64,000 bases of DNA. Origin: Lytechinus pictus (taxonomy: Eukaryota). Below are positions 47,101 to 60,323 of this stretch, in pieces; positions within the stretch are counted from its first letter, which is position 1, and the number at the start of each line of letters is the position of its first letter. A program made the translations under genes and the position numbers. The notes under the pieces are model-generated. The model saw only the letters and a program-made list of their open reading frames with translations. It did no database searches and had not been told where the DNA came from. The DNA lies in NCBI RefSeq assembly GCF_037042905.1, contig NC_087246.1, positions 36,518,001 through 36,582,000 of the forward strand, given 5' to 3'.

Positions 47101-50100
47101 CGGTGCGCAGACTTGGGGCCTACCATCATAGCAATATATTTTTAAAACCCAGGATTACTGATTCCGTTCTAAATTTTGCGCTAGTTTATGCCATGACCAT
47201 GTTTGACCTGTTACGATACTGCAACAAATAACAATGAAGTAGTTTTTATTACAGGAAATATATTTAAATCGATCAACAGAATTAAAACAAAATATCTTAC
47301 ATCTCTTGAAGTGCCAGATGCACAATCCAAGGTTAAAATAGTATAGGCCCTATCCAAATAAAATCACAGTTGGTTGGCGAAGATTCTTTAAATTAAAGTT
47401 CACAATGATGGCGATGATGAAATCGATGTTGAAGCACGATGAATAACAAGAGTCACTGTAACGTATTGAAATGTCCGTGAAGACGATGTTGATGATGATT
47501 AACAGTCAATTTCAGCAATCCATGGGTTGAAAAGTGTTCATTAAAACAGCTTGACGATCTCGAGAACTGAGAATTTCTCTCTCACAGTTCATTGATGGCG
47601 TGCAAATAATTCCACAGAAGATAAATATTCCAGGTGGAAATAAACTCTGCTCTGAAATAAAGTCTGGCGTGAAACTCTGAGTTCTAATATGATGTGATGT
47701 GATATGATGATGTCCTTGAAGAAACTGCCAGCTTATATACAAATTATTCACTATTCTGGAAGCTTCTAGTATTGTCTACAAATAGAATATTCTCCTTTTT
47801 TCTGGAGCAATCAAATTCTAGAAGACTCTTGAATGACCTCAGTGAAATTAACAATTGTAAACAAAATAGATAATCCTATTGTTCATTTCCACTAACACTA
47901 AGTCTTTTGTCTACATTTATTCTATTGTTTGTAAATTCCAGAAATAACAAAGATTATTCAAAGATTACTCATGTGTAACAAAGCTGTACTGGAACATTCT
48001 TGATCATTGTATGCTATAAATATCCTTAAAGAGGAAATAACTAAATAAATGAATGTAATTGCTCTTACAATTTTACTTATATATAACAGACCCCCTCAAA
48101 ATTTTGCCAATTACCACTTTCTCCAGCCCTTCATCCTTTGCTGCGGCAGTGTTCTTTGCCGTTCATGTAACCAAGAGAAGAAACAATGGGAAGAATCATT
48201 ATTGATATTTTGTTCTTCATAGTGTTGTTTTGTTATTAATTGGCTGGATTGGTTTTATTTCTTTGCCGTTTATATTAATAAAGGAACAAGATTATCAATT
48301 ACCGGACATATTTCTGAAAAGTATCAAACCTGCTTTGTTCACCTCCCTGCTTCCCTTCTACATTTAGGTCCAGATTCTTCAAATCCTTCACTTGGTAGCA
48401 TCAGTCCTACTCGCCAACGTCTCACTGATGAAATCCAGGCTCTCTATACTTGTAACCAAGTGGAGGTAAATATTGATCATCAATTTGTGTGATGTTTTAT
48501 TAACCTACAACTTTCAATTTGGTAATTCAGTCTTTATTTGATTCTCCACTTCTCCAGTAGGCCTACTGTAGAAGCTGTTATTTTCACGGGGGTTTTAATT
48601 TCGTGAATTCAAGTCAATTCAATCATGGCTCATTTTGTATAAAATGGCTGAAATTAGCATGTTTACAATAAAATGTTCACAAGTCATACATGGGTAAATG
48701 CAACAATTACAATTTAAACATGTACATGCAAGGATTTGGGATGTACATAGATAATAAATAATGTTTAAAGAGCAAGTGTAAATAAGAATTCATTAAAATA
48801 TAATAAAATAGAATTTGAAAAATACTAAATTAAAAGATGATGAATATTATACAATTAAATATTCAAATAGTAGGCCTAATTGGATTTAAATGGAGACTAA
48901 AACAATGACAAAAATTTAAGTTGATTTCAAGGCTATGAGAGTAAAATTTATTCAGAATTTAGTAAATCTATGAAATATGGTATTGCACTTTATCTAAAAC
49001 GATCTGTTTAGCATTTTATCTGAGCAAAGTTTGGAACACTTCTTTATGAGATTGAGACATTTTTCCTTTTTGGAAGCCAGTTATTGAGGGTTTTGTACAA
49101 TATTAGAGATTTAGCAAACTCCATCCACAGATTTTTTTGTCTTCTTTCTAGACATTCTTATCCTCATTTTGTTAGTGCATTTTCATAGTCTATATAATCT
49201 GAACCAAGAATTATTTTAGAAACTCTTCTTTTTTAAAATATTTTTTCCAAGTCCTTTACTCGTTTAGCAGTTACATGTAGTGCTCCGTTGAATACTGGTA
49301 CACAATACTCCAATATTAGACGAATATATCCAATGTAAATTTGAACAAGGTCTGACATAGGGAGTTTATATTGTTTGACAAGTCTGAACATATACAATTT
49401 TTTGTTACACCTTTTGAAATTTGTTTATCCCATTTTAAGTTTGACTGAATATAAACACCAAGTATTTCAACAGTTTCTCTATATTGCAGAGAAGTGTCAC
49501 CAATATGCAATAGATTAGGTAATAGTGGGTTTTTAGAAAAAAATAACTCTGATTACATTACATTTATTCGGATTTGGTTTCACATATGATTATCAGATGA
49601 CCAGGCAACAAGTGCATTTAGATGACATTGTAATACAGTTCTAAGGAGTTTATATTGAAAGATTTTTAACTATAGTAAGATGATCAACATACATGTACAT
49701 GTATTTAAAGTGCAGTAAAGAATAAAGATTCATTCTGACATGCATCATTAAACATGATCAAAAATAATATCGGGCCTAATTTTGTGCCTTTAGGCACTCC
49801 AGCATGATTTGTAATATACGAAGATAATACGCCCTAATATTTCACAGATTGTGAACAATTATGTTTTGCATTCTACAGCACATTGCAGAAACAATTTTCT
49901 GTAATAATTTCTTTTTGTTAGATCAGTATTACTGGCATGATATTCTGATTTTTTTTTAATAATTTTTTTTCCAGATTTTTTACATGAAATCCTTTGCCCA
50001 AGAACGTCCGTCTGTCTGTCCATCCTTTAACTTTACCTTGTAAACGCGATAACTTCAGTTTGACTTAATCTAGGCTCATATAATTTAGTGTGTATGATAG

Positions 50101-53100
50101 TAGCTTGGATCCCAGGAAGCCTAGTGATTCTGAGGTCAAAAGGTCAAAGGTCAAGGTCACAGTGACATATTTTCATCTTACCCCTCTGCAGTCCTTGTAA
50201 ACGTGATAACTTCAGTTTAACTTAACCTAGGCTCATATGATTTGGTGTATATGATACTAGCATGGATCCCAGGAAGCCTATCGATTTTGAGGTCCAAAGG
50301 TCAAGGTCACACTTACATGTTATCATCTTACCCTTCTGTAGTCCTTGTAAACGCGATAACTTAACCTAGGCTCATATAATGTGGTTTGTAGGATACTAGC
50401 ATGGATCCCAGGAAGCCTATCGATTTTGAGGTCAAAAGGTGAAAGGTCTAGGTCACACTGACATGTTTTCATCTTACCCTTTTGAAGTCTTTGTAAACGC
50501 GATAACTTTAGTTTAATTTAACCTAGGCTGATAAAATTTGGTGTATACATGATACTAGCATAGATCCCAGGAAGCCTCTCAATTTTGAGGTCAAAAGGTC
50601 AAAGGCCAAGGTCGCACTGACATGTTTTCATCTTACTCTTTTGCAGACTTTGTTAACGTGATAACTTCAGTTTAACTTAACCTAGGCTCATATAATTTGG
50701 TGTGTATAATACTAGCATGGATCCCAGAAAGCCTCTCAATTTTGAGGTCAAAAGGTCAAAGGTCAAGGTCACACCGACATGTTATCTTCTTACCCTTCTG
50801 AAGTCCTTGTAAACGCGATAACTTTAGTTTAACTTAACCAAGGCTCATATATAATTTGGTGTGTGTGATACTAGCACAAATCCCAGGAAGTCTATTGATT
50901 TTGAGGTCAAAAGGTCAAGATCACAGTGACATGTTTTCATCTTACCCTTCTGAAGTCCTTGGTAACGTGATAACTTTAGTTGAACTTAACCTAGGCTCAT
51001 ATAATTTGGTGTGTATGATACTAGCATAGATCCCAGGAAGCCTATTGATTTTGAGGTCAGAAGGTCAAAGGTGAAGTCGCCACCTTCCACTTTTCTTGCT
51101 TGACTAATAACTCCATTTTCCGCATTACGGGCGGGCGTATTATGTGCTCGCCTTAACGACACTCTTGTTACTGCTTCTCAACGTCAAATGATAAAACTAT
51201 CATGCAGACTCACCTTGAAAAATCACTTTCGATTTCTTTACTATGCAAGGGCTTATAACCCCGATGGCCTTGGACTTCGTTGGTGACTTTATTATAGCAA
51301 CCCTTGGCTATTTTTCAGATTTTTTTTCAGAGGGGAATATCATGCCTGATATTACACATTTTGCCATTGGGATATTGTCATAAATTTTGGACCTGTCCAC
51401 CATGTAAAACACATTTTTAAGATCTATACTAGCCTACATTGTGCAGCACCAGGTATAATGTAATGTAACCTTTTCGAGGGGTGTTGCTGCTTTTATATTT
51501 TATAATGAATGAATGTGCATTTATTTTTCTTTGCAGGTGCTAACAATAATCCATTTTAATGATGTCTACAACATTGAATCTGGAGATGGGGTATGTGGTG
51601 GAGCTGCTAGGTTTGCTACAGTTGTCAAGGCTTATTCAGACTGCAACCCACTTGTGCTGTTTAGTGGGGACTGCCTGAATCCTTCTATCTGTAAGTAACA
51701 CTCGTATTAATTTTAAGACCCATCCAGACAAAATTTGCTAAACTATGTAAAGGTTTAATAAATGTTTTTTTTTATACTTTGGCAAGTACACATATATGGT
51801 CTAGTTGAACTATTTTATTATCAAAATATTTGTTAGCATCTACTACTGATTTATACTTAAGTTTTGCTATTTTTTTTCTTTTTCATGTCATCATGTTGAT
51901 AAAATTTCAGGATTTATATAATAAGAACCTCTACAAAGTTACAACAGCCATTCCATGTATTACTAGACACACTAGGCTTCAATTTCCAAGTTAAACCAAT
52001 CAATGAAGTATATTTATTTTTGGCTAGGTACATGTCCAAAAGGTATTAATATGATTTTTCACTGCCTTTCACCTACAAGTGATGGAGTTACACAATCCTA
52101 AAGAGATGTCAGATTTGCATAAAAAAGTATGTCTTTTTGTAACTTTTTTTATTGACACTTAAAAATGTGTACTGTGTTTAAATACATAATATTTCTATTC
52201 TGTCCAATCTGATAGCTATTTTCACTTATCACCTTTTTTTGCACTTTTTTTAAACCAGGCTTGACAATATTTCAAGTTAAAAACACCCTCGAAATGTGTC
52301 ACGCGAGTCACAAAAATACATGGATCCGTATTTTAGTTCGTAAACTATTATTAAGTAGTATTATTTCTAGTTGATAAAGTAAGGAGCATAAGGTCCTAAA
52401 TCAAACCAGCAAAGAAGATTGCCAACCCCTTCATTATGAAAAAACACCCTGAAGTGCTGTCATGCAAGTCAAATTAAGGTATTTTTAATTCACGCAAGTC
52501 ACACATCACAGAATGAGCAATTTTTTTGGGGGGAAAGAAAATGATCGGGACTTTTTTGGCAGATGTCAATTCTTTTGGCCTGAATTTTTACTCTTATTTA
52601 GAAAAAACATTGTTTAATACTATTAATAACTTAATTTTTGTGTAAGTAGATGTATCAGAGCTTGACTTTAGAATTCCTTTGTTTTAAAGAAAAATGGAAT
52701 GCAAATGACCATAAATGTTGTGTGTGAATGGTATTTGGCCCATTTTATTGAAGAACATATAGTCCGAAATAAAACTTTTCAAATGGCAATCCATTCAAAA
52801 CAAAAAGTGAGGCGTTAATGAATTTTTGACATATTTCCAGATGTTTCAAAATACTCTTCAGAAAGTTTTATCGAAATCTGTTGAGTACATGTATATTCTG
52901 AGGAAATTACAGACAAATACAGTAAGGTCAGGAATCTTTTAGTGTCGTGTCACATGAGTCACTACAAACATATTGAAATATCTCCTACAAAAACGACTGT
53001 AAATTCAAAATTTTTGTTGGAAAAATGTGTATTATCAATACTTTGATGGAAATAGATAGGAAAAACAGTGTGCAATATACGATTTTCAAGTTATTAACCT

Positions 53101-56100
53101 TAAGAAGTTGGAATTTTGTGTAAATGTCACGCAAGTCACAATGGAATGGCTGACAAGATACTGTTAAACTTAAGTTATTGCATGAATTATCTGCATTTAA
53201 TTAATCTTTTTCTTGTTTATTCATTGATAAAGTGAAATTGCTCTTGAATTCTGTTTTAAATATCTGAATAGTGGAATGTTGTTATTTTTTCTATGGCACA
53301 GACCATATTTTAACATTTCAAAATACATATGTACATGTATTAACATCTGAAGTGATGCCACAATTTTATGATTTTACACTATTCATCAGACTGTGATAGA
53401 TATTAGATTGAGATAGAATGCTGAAGAATTATTAAATTACGGTAGTGAAAACTAGCTTTTTTTTCACTAACATTTTGATTGTCATAATAGAGAGGAAACA
53501 ATTTTTTTTTTAACTTTCTTTATTTTTTATCATTTTTTTTTTTTTTTTGGGGGGGGGGTGGGTTAATTACTGGTTTGAATGCACACTTAGCTGGCATGTG
53601 TCTCTGATCTCTCCTCCCCTCTTTCACTTTTATTGTAGGACAGTATATATATGACAAATAGACTATTTGATCATATCCAACCAAAGATGAGAGCTAGTAG
53701 AAAATAATGGACTCCTTGAATGTATGCAATGTCCAACTGGTGTATTCAGACGAAAGTAATGTTGAATAAAACACATGTTGATTATATGAAAACGATGTAT
53801 TATAAAAATATTTGTATCCGACTGTTTTATTTCTAAATAAAACAGTTGGATATCAAATATTCTTATTTTACATCGTGATCGTATCATCAAAGTTTGAAAT
53901 CAAATAAAAACTAGTAATGAATTTTGATGCAAAAACATTCCTCAAGGGTATCATTCACCCTTTCAAATGTCACAGAGATACATGTATTGTGTGGAGCAAA
54001 TGTCAGATTCTGCGTTGGATGATTTCATACCACCCAGGTCACAAAAAATACTTGTAATTTGATATATACTTTATAGTAGGCCTACATATGATTCCCCTGA
54101 AATGAAGAAATCAAGGAGCTGATAACTCCTTGAGAAAAATATTCTAGATATAATGTAGTACACCTGTCCTTTTTTAAATAAGATAACTTTTAGGGAGTTC
54201 TCCAAGGTTGCAGGGATATAAAGAATTACCAACAAAAATTGAGTGTTTTCCAAGAAAAATGTGTAGCATATATTATTTGCTGTAGGAATGTAATTCTTCT
54301 TGCAGACTCCTAATTCAAAGATCTGTATCTGCTTCATGCAGGTGTGAATGTGGAGAAAAAAAATTGTTATGGGAAATATTTTACATTTTGATGCTCGAAC
54401 AAGTTCACATGATTTAGTCCCTGCATGCATTTTTTGTAATTGGATAGGTGTGAAAGCTCACCTACTCGGAGGATAACATAATGCCTGATTTTTCAGCGTA
54501 AAGATTTAATGAAGTCTGGGCTACCTGCTATTTACCTAGGCAATCAATATGTCTCAAGGCTACATAAGCTCATGGTTCAGTAGCGTAGAGAACTGGCTGC
54601 TATTAAATTGATTTTTTATTTAATATACAAATGAAGTTTAGGATTAGGAATATTTTAGGACAGAAAATAGGTATTTTTTCTTCAAATTATAATCCTGGTT
54701 TTTGATAGCAATGAGGAATCACCTTAGAATGCCAAGTAGTTACCAATATTTTCAGTGTCCCCAGTGATATCATTTCAAGAGACAATGTGAGGCAGAATTC
54801 ATAGCCTGTTAAATCCCCCAAAGTCCACATGTCATTTTTCATATTTATTAGTAGATTAAATGACTACTACTACTGCATCTTAGTGATAGCCAGTTATGAA
54901 ATGGCAGTCAAACCACACTACATAACCAACCTGCTATCGTTACATTGTACTAACTTGCGTAAACACAGCCTCAATGTCCGTCATCCTCCACTACTCTCTC
55001 ATCTCGCATTTACTTGTAATCAAATATCAATACAGTCACTATAGTAATCTTAATCAAAATTTAATTGTTGAATGAAGTGCCGATCTCCTGGTAAATGAAA
55101 TTTGCATATTAGAATAATGCATTGACCCAATAGAAGTACATTTCTGATTTGTCTGATTAATCTAATTACTGGCTACATGTACTGTTGGTATACACTGGAA
55201 GCATGGAGCTATATAAAACACATAATAGCTTCATGCTGTAAGTGAGCACTATGTATCCATTTGTTGCTAAATTTTGTTGTTTGTTTGAGTTATATGGCAA
55301 ATAGAGCCAATCAATCAAAAGGCTTTGAATGACTGAATGTCAGTAGTTTTAGCGAAATCAAAAATGGCATTTAGATAATGGATTTTGATTATTGTTTTAT
55401 ATTTCGGTACTCTAAACACAAATTATGTTTGCTAAATCAGGAATCAGTTAGTATTTTTGTGTTCAATATTATTATAAGGTTTGACAGGAAACATTAATTT
55501 CAGATACATGTACATGTAATTGAAAGGGAATTTCATGTTGTTTGTTCTCGTTTGCATGACAATTTTTCAATATTAACTATATAAAAATAAACTTGAAATG
55601 AATACGTAGGCATTCTTCAAGATATCAGAGTTGATATGAAATTGCCAAGTAAAAAGGGTAGAGGTAATATATGATAATGATGGCTACGCAAACATGGCAT
55701 TTTTACCCAGGCTGCCATTTTTACTTCTGCCATTTTTACCTCTGCCATTACACGTACTTCTGCCATTTTTACCTCTGCCATTACACATACTTCTGCCATT
55801 TTTACCTCTGCCATTTTTACCTCTGCCCTTTTTACCTCTGCCCTTTATACTTCTGCCCTTTTTACTTATGCCATTTTTACCTCTGCCATTTTTCCCTCTG
55901 CACTTTTTACCTCTGCCATTTTTACATCTGCCATATTACTTTTGCCATTTTTACCTCTGGCATTATTACTTCTGCCATTTTTCCCTTTGTAATTTTTACA
56001 CCGAACTGATATGAATCAATTACAGTTTTTCAGATTTGATAACAATTTTATTAATTTTTTTGTTAAGTTAGTGAATACTTGACATGACTGTACTTATATA

Positions 56101-59100
56101 TGGGGACATCACATGTTCTTGTGCCAAATATTCCTGTTTTCAAGAGAATGGGACTATTTCTTATCAAATGTTGACATTAAAAAAATGCTGCATAAAAATG
56201 TTTAACAACAAGAAATTCAGTCTACAAAGATATTTAAGTTCAAGTAGTTGAAATATCTTCCAGTCCAAAAGTGACATAGCTTTTAATTCACTGCTCACCA
56301 GTTTGCTAGAAATTAGATCAAGTTTATGAAAGGAACTATTTAGAATGAAATATAGAAGATGAAATTTTCTCCTGCATGGCTAGAGAAGTCAGTTAGCTCA
56401 ATATCTAGAAACATATTTGTATTTTTGATTGCTAAATGTAAAAATTAGAATTTATTAAGCTATGAAATAAAATGAATTTATTCAATTGCTTGAATATCCT
56501 GAATATTCTGATTGTAAAATGAAAGTATTCCATGGAATCAATGGATGATCTTTTTTTTATTTTTTGTTGTTGATTTTATAGTGAGTACTTTTACCAAAGG
56601 AGAGCACATGGTACCAATACTCAATGCCTTGAGAGTTAATACAGCTGTCTACGGCAATCATGATTTTGGTGAGTTGATGTAAAATACCATCAAGAAGATT
56701 CTGTTTCAAAACTTTTAATCATCAAAATGTGAAAAGTCAAAATATGTTTCATGTTTTGTGTAAGGCTATATCCATCAAGCCCTAATCTAGTCTATCCCAT
56801 TGTATTATTTTTCTGAGGGGAATATCATGCCTCTCCTGCTTATTGAACACTTAATTTCAAGGTACAGTACAACTCACTTTTCGTCTATGAATGGTCATTT
56901 CTGTTTATTTTCAGACTTTGGTGTTGATGATCTAGAGGACATTGTCAAAGAAACTCAGTTTCCATGGTTACTAAGCAACGTGATTGATGATTTCACCGGC
57001 CAGATGCTGGCTGATGGGATAGTGACCAGACTCCTTACTTGGCAAAATAAAAAGGTTAGTTAGCCTCTCTTATATTGTGATTGCGATTGTTTAAAAAAAT
57101 GTTTCAAAATGTGATGTTCAGGGGTATATCCATGATTTTCCAATTGACTGTGCGGTATCGTCATCAATCATCCAAATCATGCTGCAAATTGACCTACAAA
57201 TCTAGCCACAGTAACCATAGTGAAACAGTGCTTTTCAGCCAATCAAAATCAAGGAAGGTTATCAGATCTGACAACTTGTCGGACAATGATGGTCATGAGA
57301 TTCCCCTCTCAAAAACGCTCCCCTTGGAGCATTTCATGAAAGGACTTGACAGAAGTTTTATCTCAGAGCTAGTTGGAGAAAAATGATGATAATATGCATG
57401 GAATGGAGTAAAAAAAAATTTAGGATCCGTTATATTTAAATACTCAGTTGAATATAAGTTTACATAGAACCTATGTGAAAGGGTCAGAGTTTAAGAAAAG
57501 AAAAGCCATCTAATTTTGAAAAAAACATCCACATGTTGGTAGGAAAAAGACGTAATCTACAGGGTTCCATTGATAAATTTCATTGTTTTTATTTCTAGTA
57601 GACCCCCGAAGAATCAAAAGTATTTTATAATAAATAATTTCTTTCATCATTGTAAAGGGGAAGTATTACCAATCACATATATAACTTTTACTAGTTTCAC
57701 TTTTCTTTTCAAAATAGTGAATGAGGCTAGCAGAAATCAGCTCTCAATATTGATATATTTTCAGTCTGTATTTCTGCGTTATCGGTTCTCCATTGAGCTA
57801 CATTGTGAGTGACGTCACACCACGGGAGCATTTCATGAAAGACTTTCCTGTTATATCCGACAGTTACCATAGTAACAGAGGTACTCAGCCTATTAAAAAT
57901 CAGGGAAAGATGTCAGATCTGGCAACTTGTCGGAAAGGAATGTTGATGAAACGCTCCCATCATGAGCACAGCTGACAGCAGCTAATACACGTGTCATTCA
58001 CATTGCACATAATTGCGTCAACCGGTGTCTGTATGTGCTAGCTAGCTGAAACCATGTGCTGTGTGTGTTACATGCAGCTCAGCACATGGCAGCATACACA
58101 TCACAGGCAAGCACTTGAATTTTTTCAATAAATTGACTGCACTGTACTGATGCAAAATAGCCGATACTGTCAAGTCCAATCTCGGGATTTACAGTTTATA
58201 ATAAAACAGGTAAACTAACACAACTACTATGTACTATAGTGCGTGAAGATGTCGAAAACAGGGATCCAATTACATGGAAAAAAACTGGAAAAATCTGAAG
58301 GAAAAACAAACCAACAAGGAAAATGCACGCATGCATACGTGTGGAGTAGGTCGGTTGCCAATTGTGTGACGTCATCATTGAGACTGTGTCTGGTCAACGT
58401 TTTTTCTGTGTTCAAGGGGCTGAGAGGGGTCTCTTATTTTCTTGCTGTTCTCTCTTTTCCTTGACATCTAAAAGGCATTTTAGTGACATATTTGTGAATA
58501 ACTTATTCAAATTCAAATTCATTTATTCCACATCTCTTAAAAAACAGGGTACAATACATAGTGAATTAATATAATATAGAGTAAAAACAACAATGACAGT
58601 TGTACAATTTAAACAACAAATAACAAGAAAAAAACACATTAAGTAATGAATGGGATGTGACGGAGTAACAAAAAGCCATTGGCCTATCTAGGCTACTCCC
58701 TTTTTACATTCATTACTGATAGAAAAAAAAAAAAAAGACAAAACTAGACAAAACCTTTTCATCCATATATAACTTGTCTATAATTATCACTTATCGTGAA
58801 TTTTCTTTCGGTGGCTACTTAATGAAGTATTTGTGCTAATTCATGCATGAAATGGTAATGCCCAGAACTTGCTATTAAAGTTTTTGTCTCACCTGCCTAG
58901 CAAAGCGAGACTATAGTCGCCGCTTTTCCGACGGCGGCGTTGTCAATATTGAAATCTTAAACAAGTTTAAGTTCATTAAACCTAGACATAAGGGTAATGG
59001 TGTATCACTGAAGATCCTGCCTGAGTTTTAGTTCACATTTCATTCAGTAAAAGTAAATAATATATTTTATGTATTTTGGCCCAAAACAGTAATCTGCATC

Positions 59101-60276
59101 GGATTTGGACATGGAATCATGTTTTTTTTAGCAATTTAGGTCTGACATGAACTTACAAATTGTTTCATAAGCTTGGAAACAGGAATAAACAGCATTACAA
59201 ATTTGACCTCAAATGTTGCACAAGTCTTACAGAATTAAGTCGGGAAATTTTTGCAACTTTAGCTTTTCATGTTACCAATTCATTGTGCAAAATGTTGAGA
59301 AGAGGCCATAATCCTCCCCCCCCCCACCTTCCGACTTTTGAGGTGATAAAGTATGTGTGAAAATGGAATGTGAATAAAGAAGCCTATTTAGTTTTATGCT
59401 TTTGTCAGGTTTTAAGAAGTCTGAATGTGAAGTCTATTAATCAAAGGCAGCTTTATCAAGCAAAACAGAGATTTTCGAAATCCATCTTGCTTTCTCTCCT
59501 ACCTAGATTGGTCTGATTGGCCTTGTGGAGGAGGAGTGGCTTGTTACCTTGGCAACTGTAGATAGAGAAAATGTCACCTATCTGGATTATGTAGAGAGAG
59601 GACAGAAGCTTGCAACAGAACTGAAAGAACAGGTCAGAAAATGGTTTCAGATGGTCCTTTTATCTGAAAAAAGATATTCAAAGTTTTATATAAAATCAGC
59701 CGTGGATCAGTTCTATTTTCCAGCTATTTTGCTCATTGCTGTTGACAACCGATGATAACAGATAATTCCTATAAAAGGAAGTCCACCCCAGCATTAACTT
59801 GATTTGAGTGAAAGAGTAAAATCAAACCAGCCTAATGCTGAAAACTTCTGTTTTTTCCAGCTAAAATCACGGTAATAATAATTTTTCACTTCTGAATAGA
59901 TTATTTTTACATAGATAGCTTTTGCATATATTCCTTCTTTTTGTTGAAGTTGTTATNNNNNNNNNNNNNNNNNNNNNNNNNNNNNNNNNNNNNNNNNNNN
60001 NNNNNNNNNNNNNNNNNNNNNNNNNNNNNNNNNNNNNNNNNNNNNNNNNNNNNNNNNNNNNNNNNNNNNNNNNNNNNNNNNNNNNNNNNNNNNNNNNNNN
60101 NNNNNNNNNNNNNNNNNNNNNNNNNNNNNNNNNNNNNNNNNNNNNNNNNNNNNNNNNNNNNNNNNNNNNNNNNNNNNNNNTCTTTGTCATTATGATTATG
60201 ATCATTATTAATATCATTTATAATAAAAGCAATGATGGATTGTTTTTTATTTAGCAGTAGTAGTAGCAGTAGTAGC

Positions 60277-60323
<47 letters not shown>

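Noticed and set aside
55617-56014. Periodic ORFs (CHFYL)n and (LPLPF)n
   Set aside because: Products of a 15-bp intronic minisatellite.
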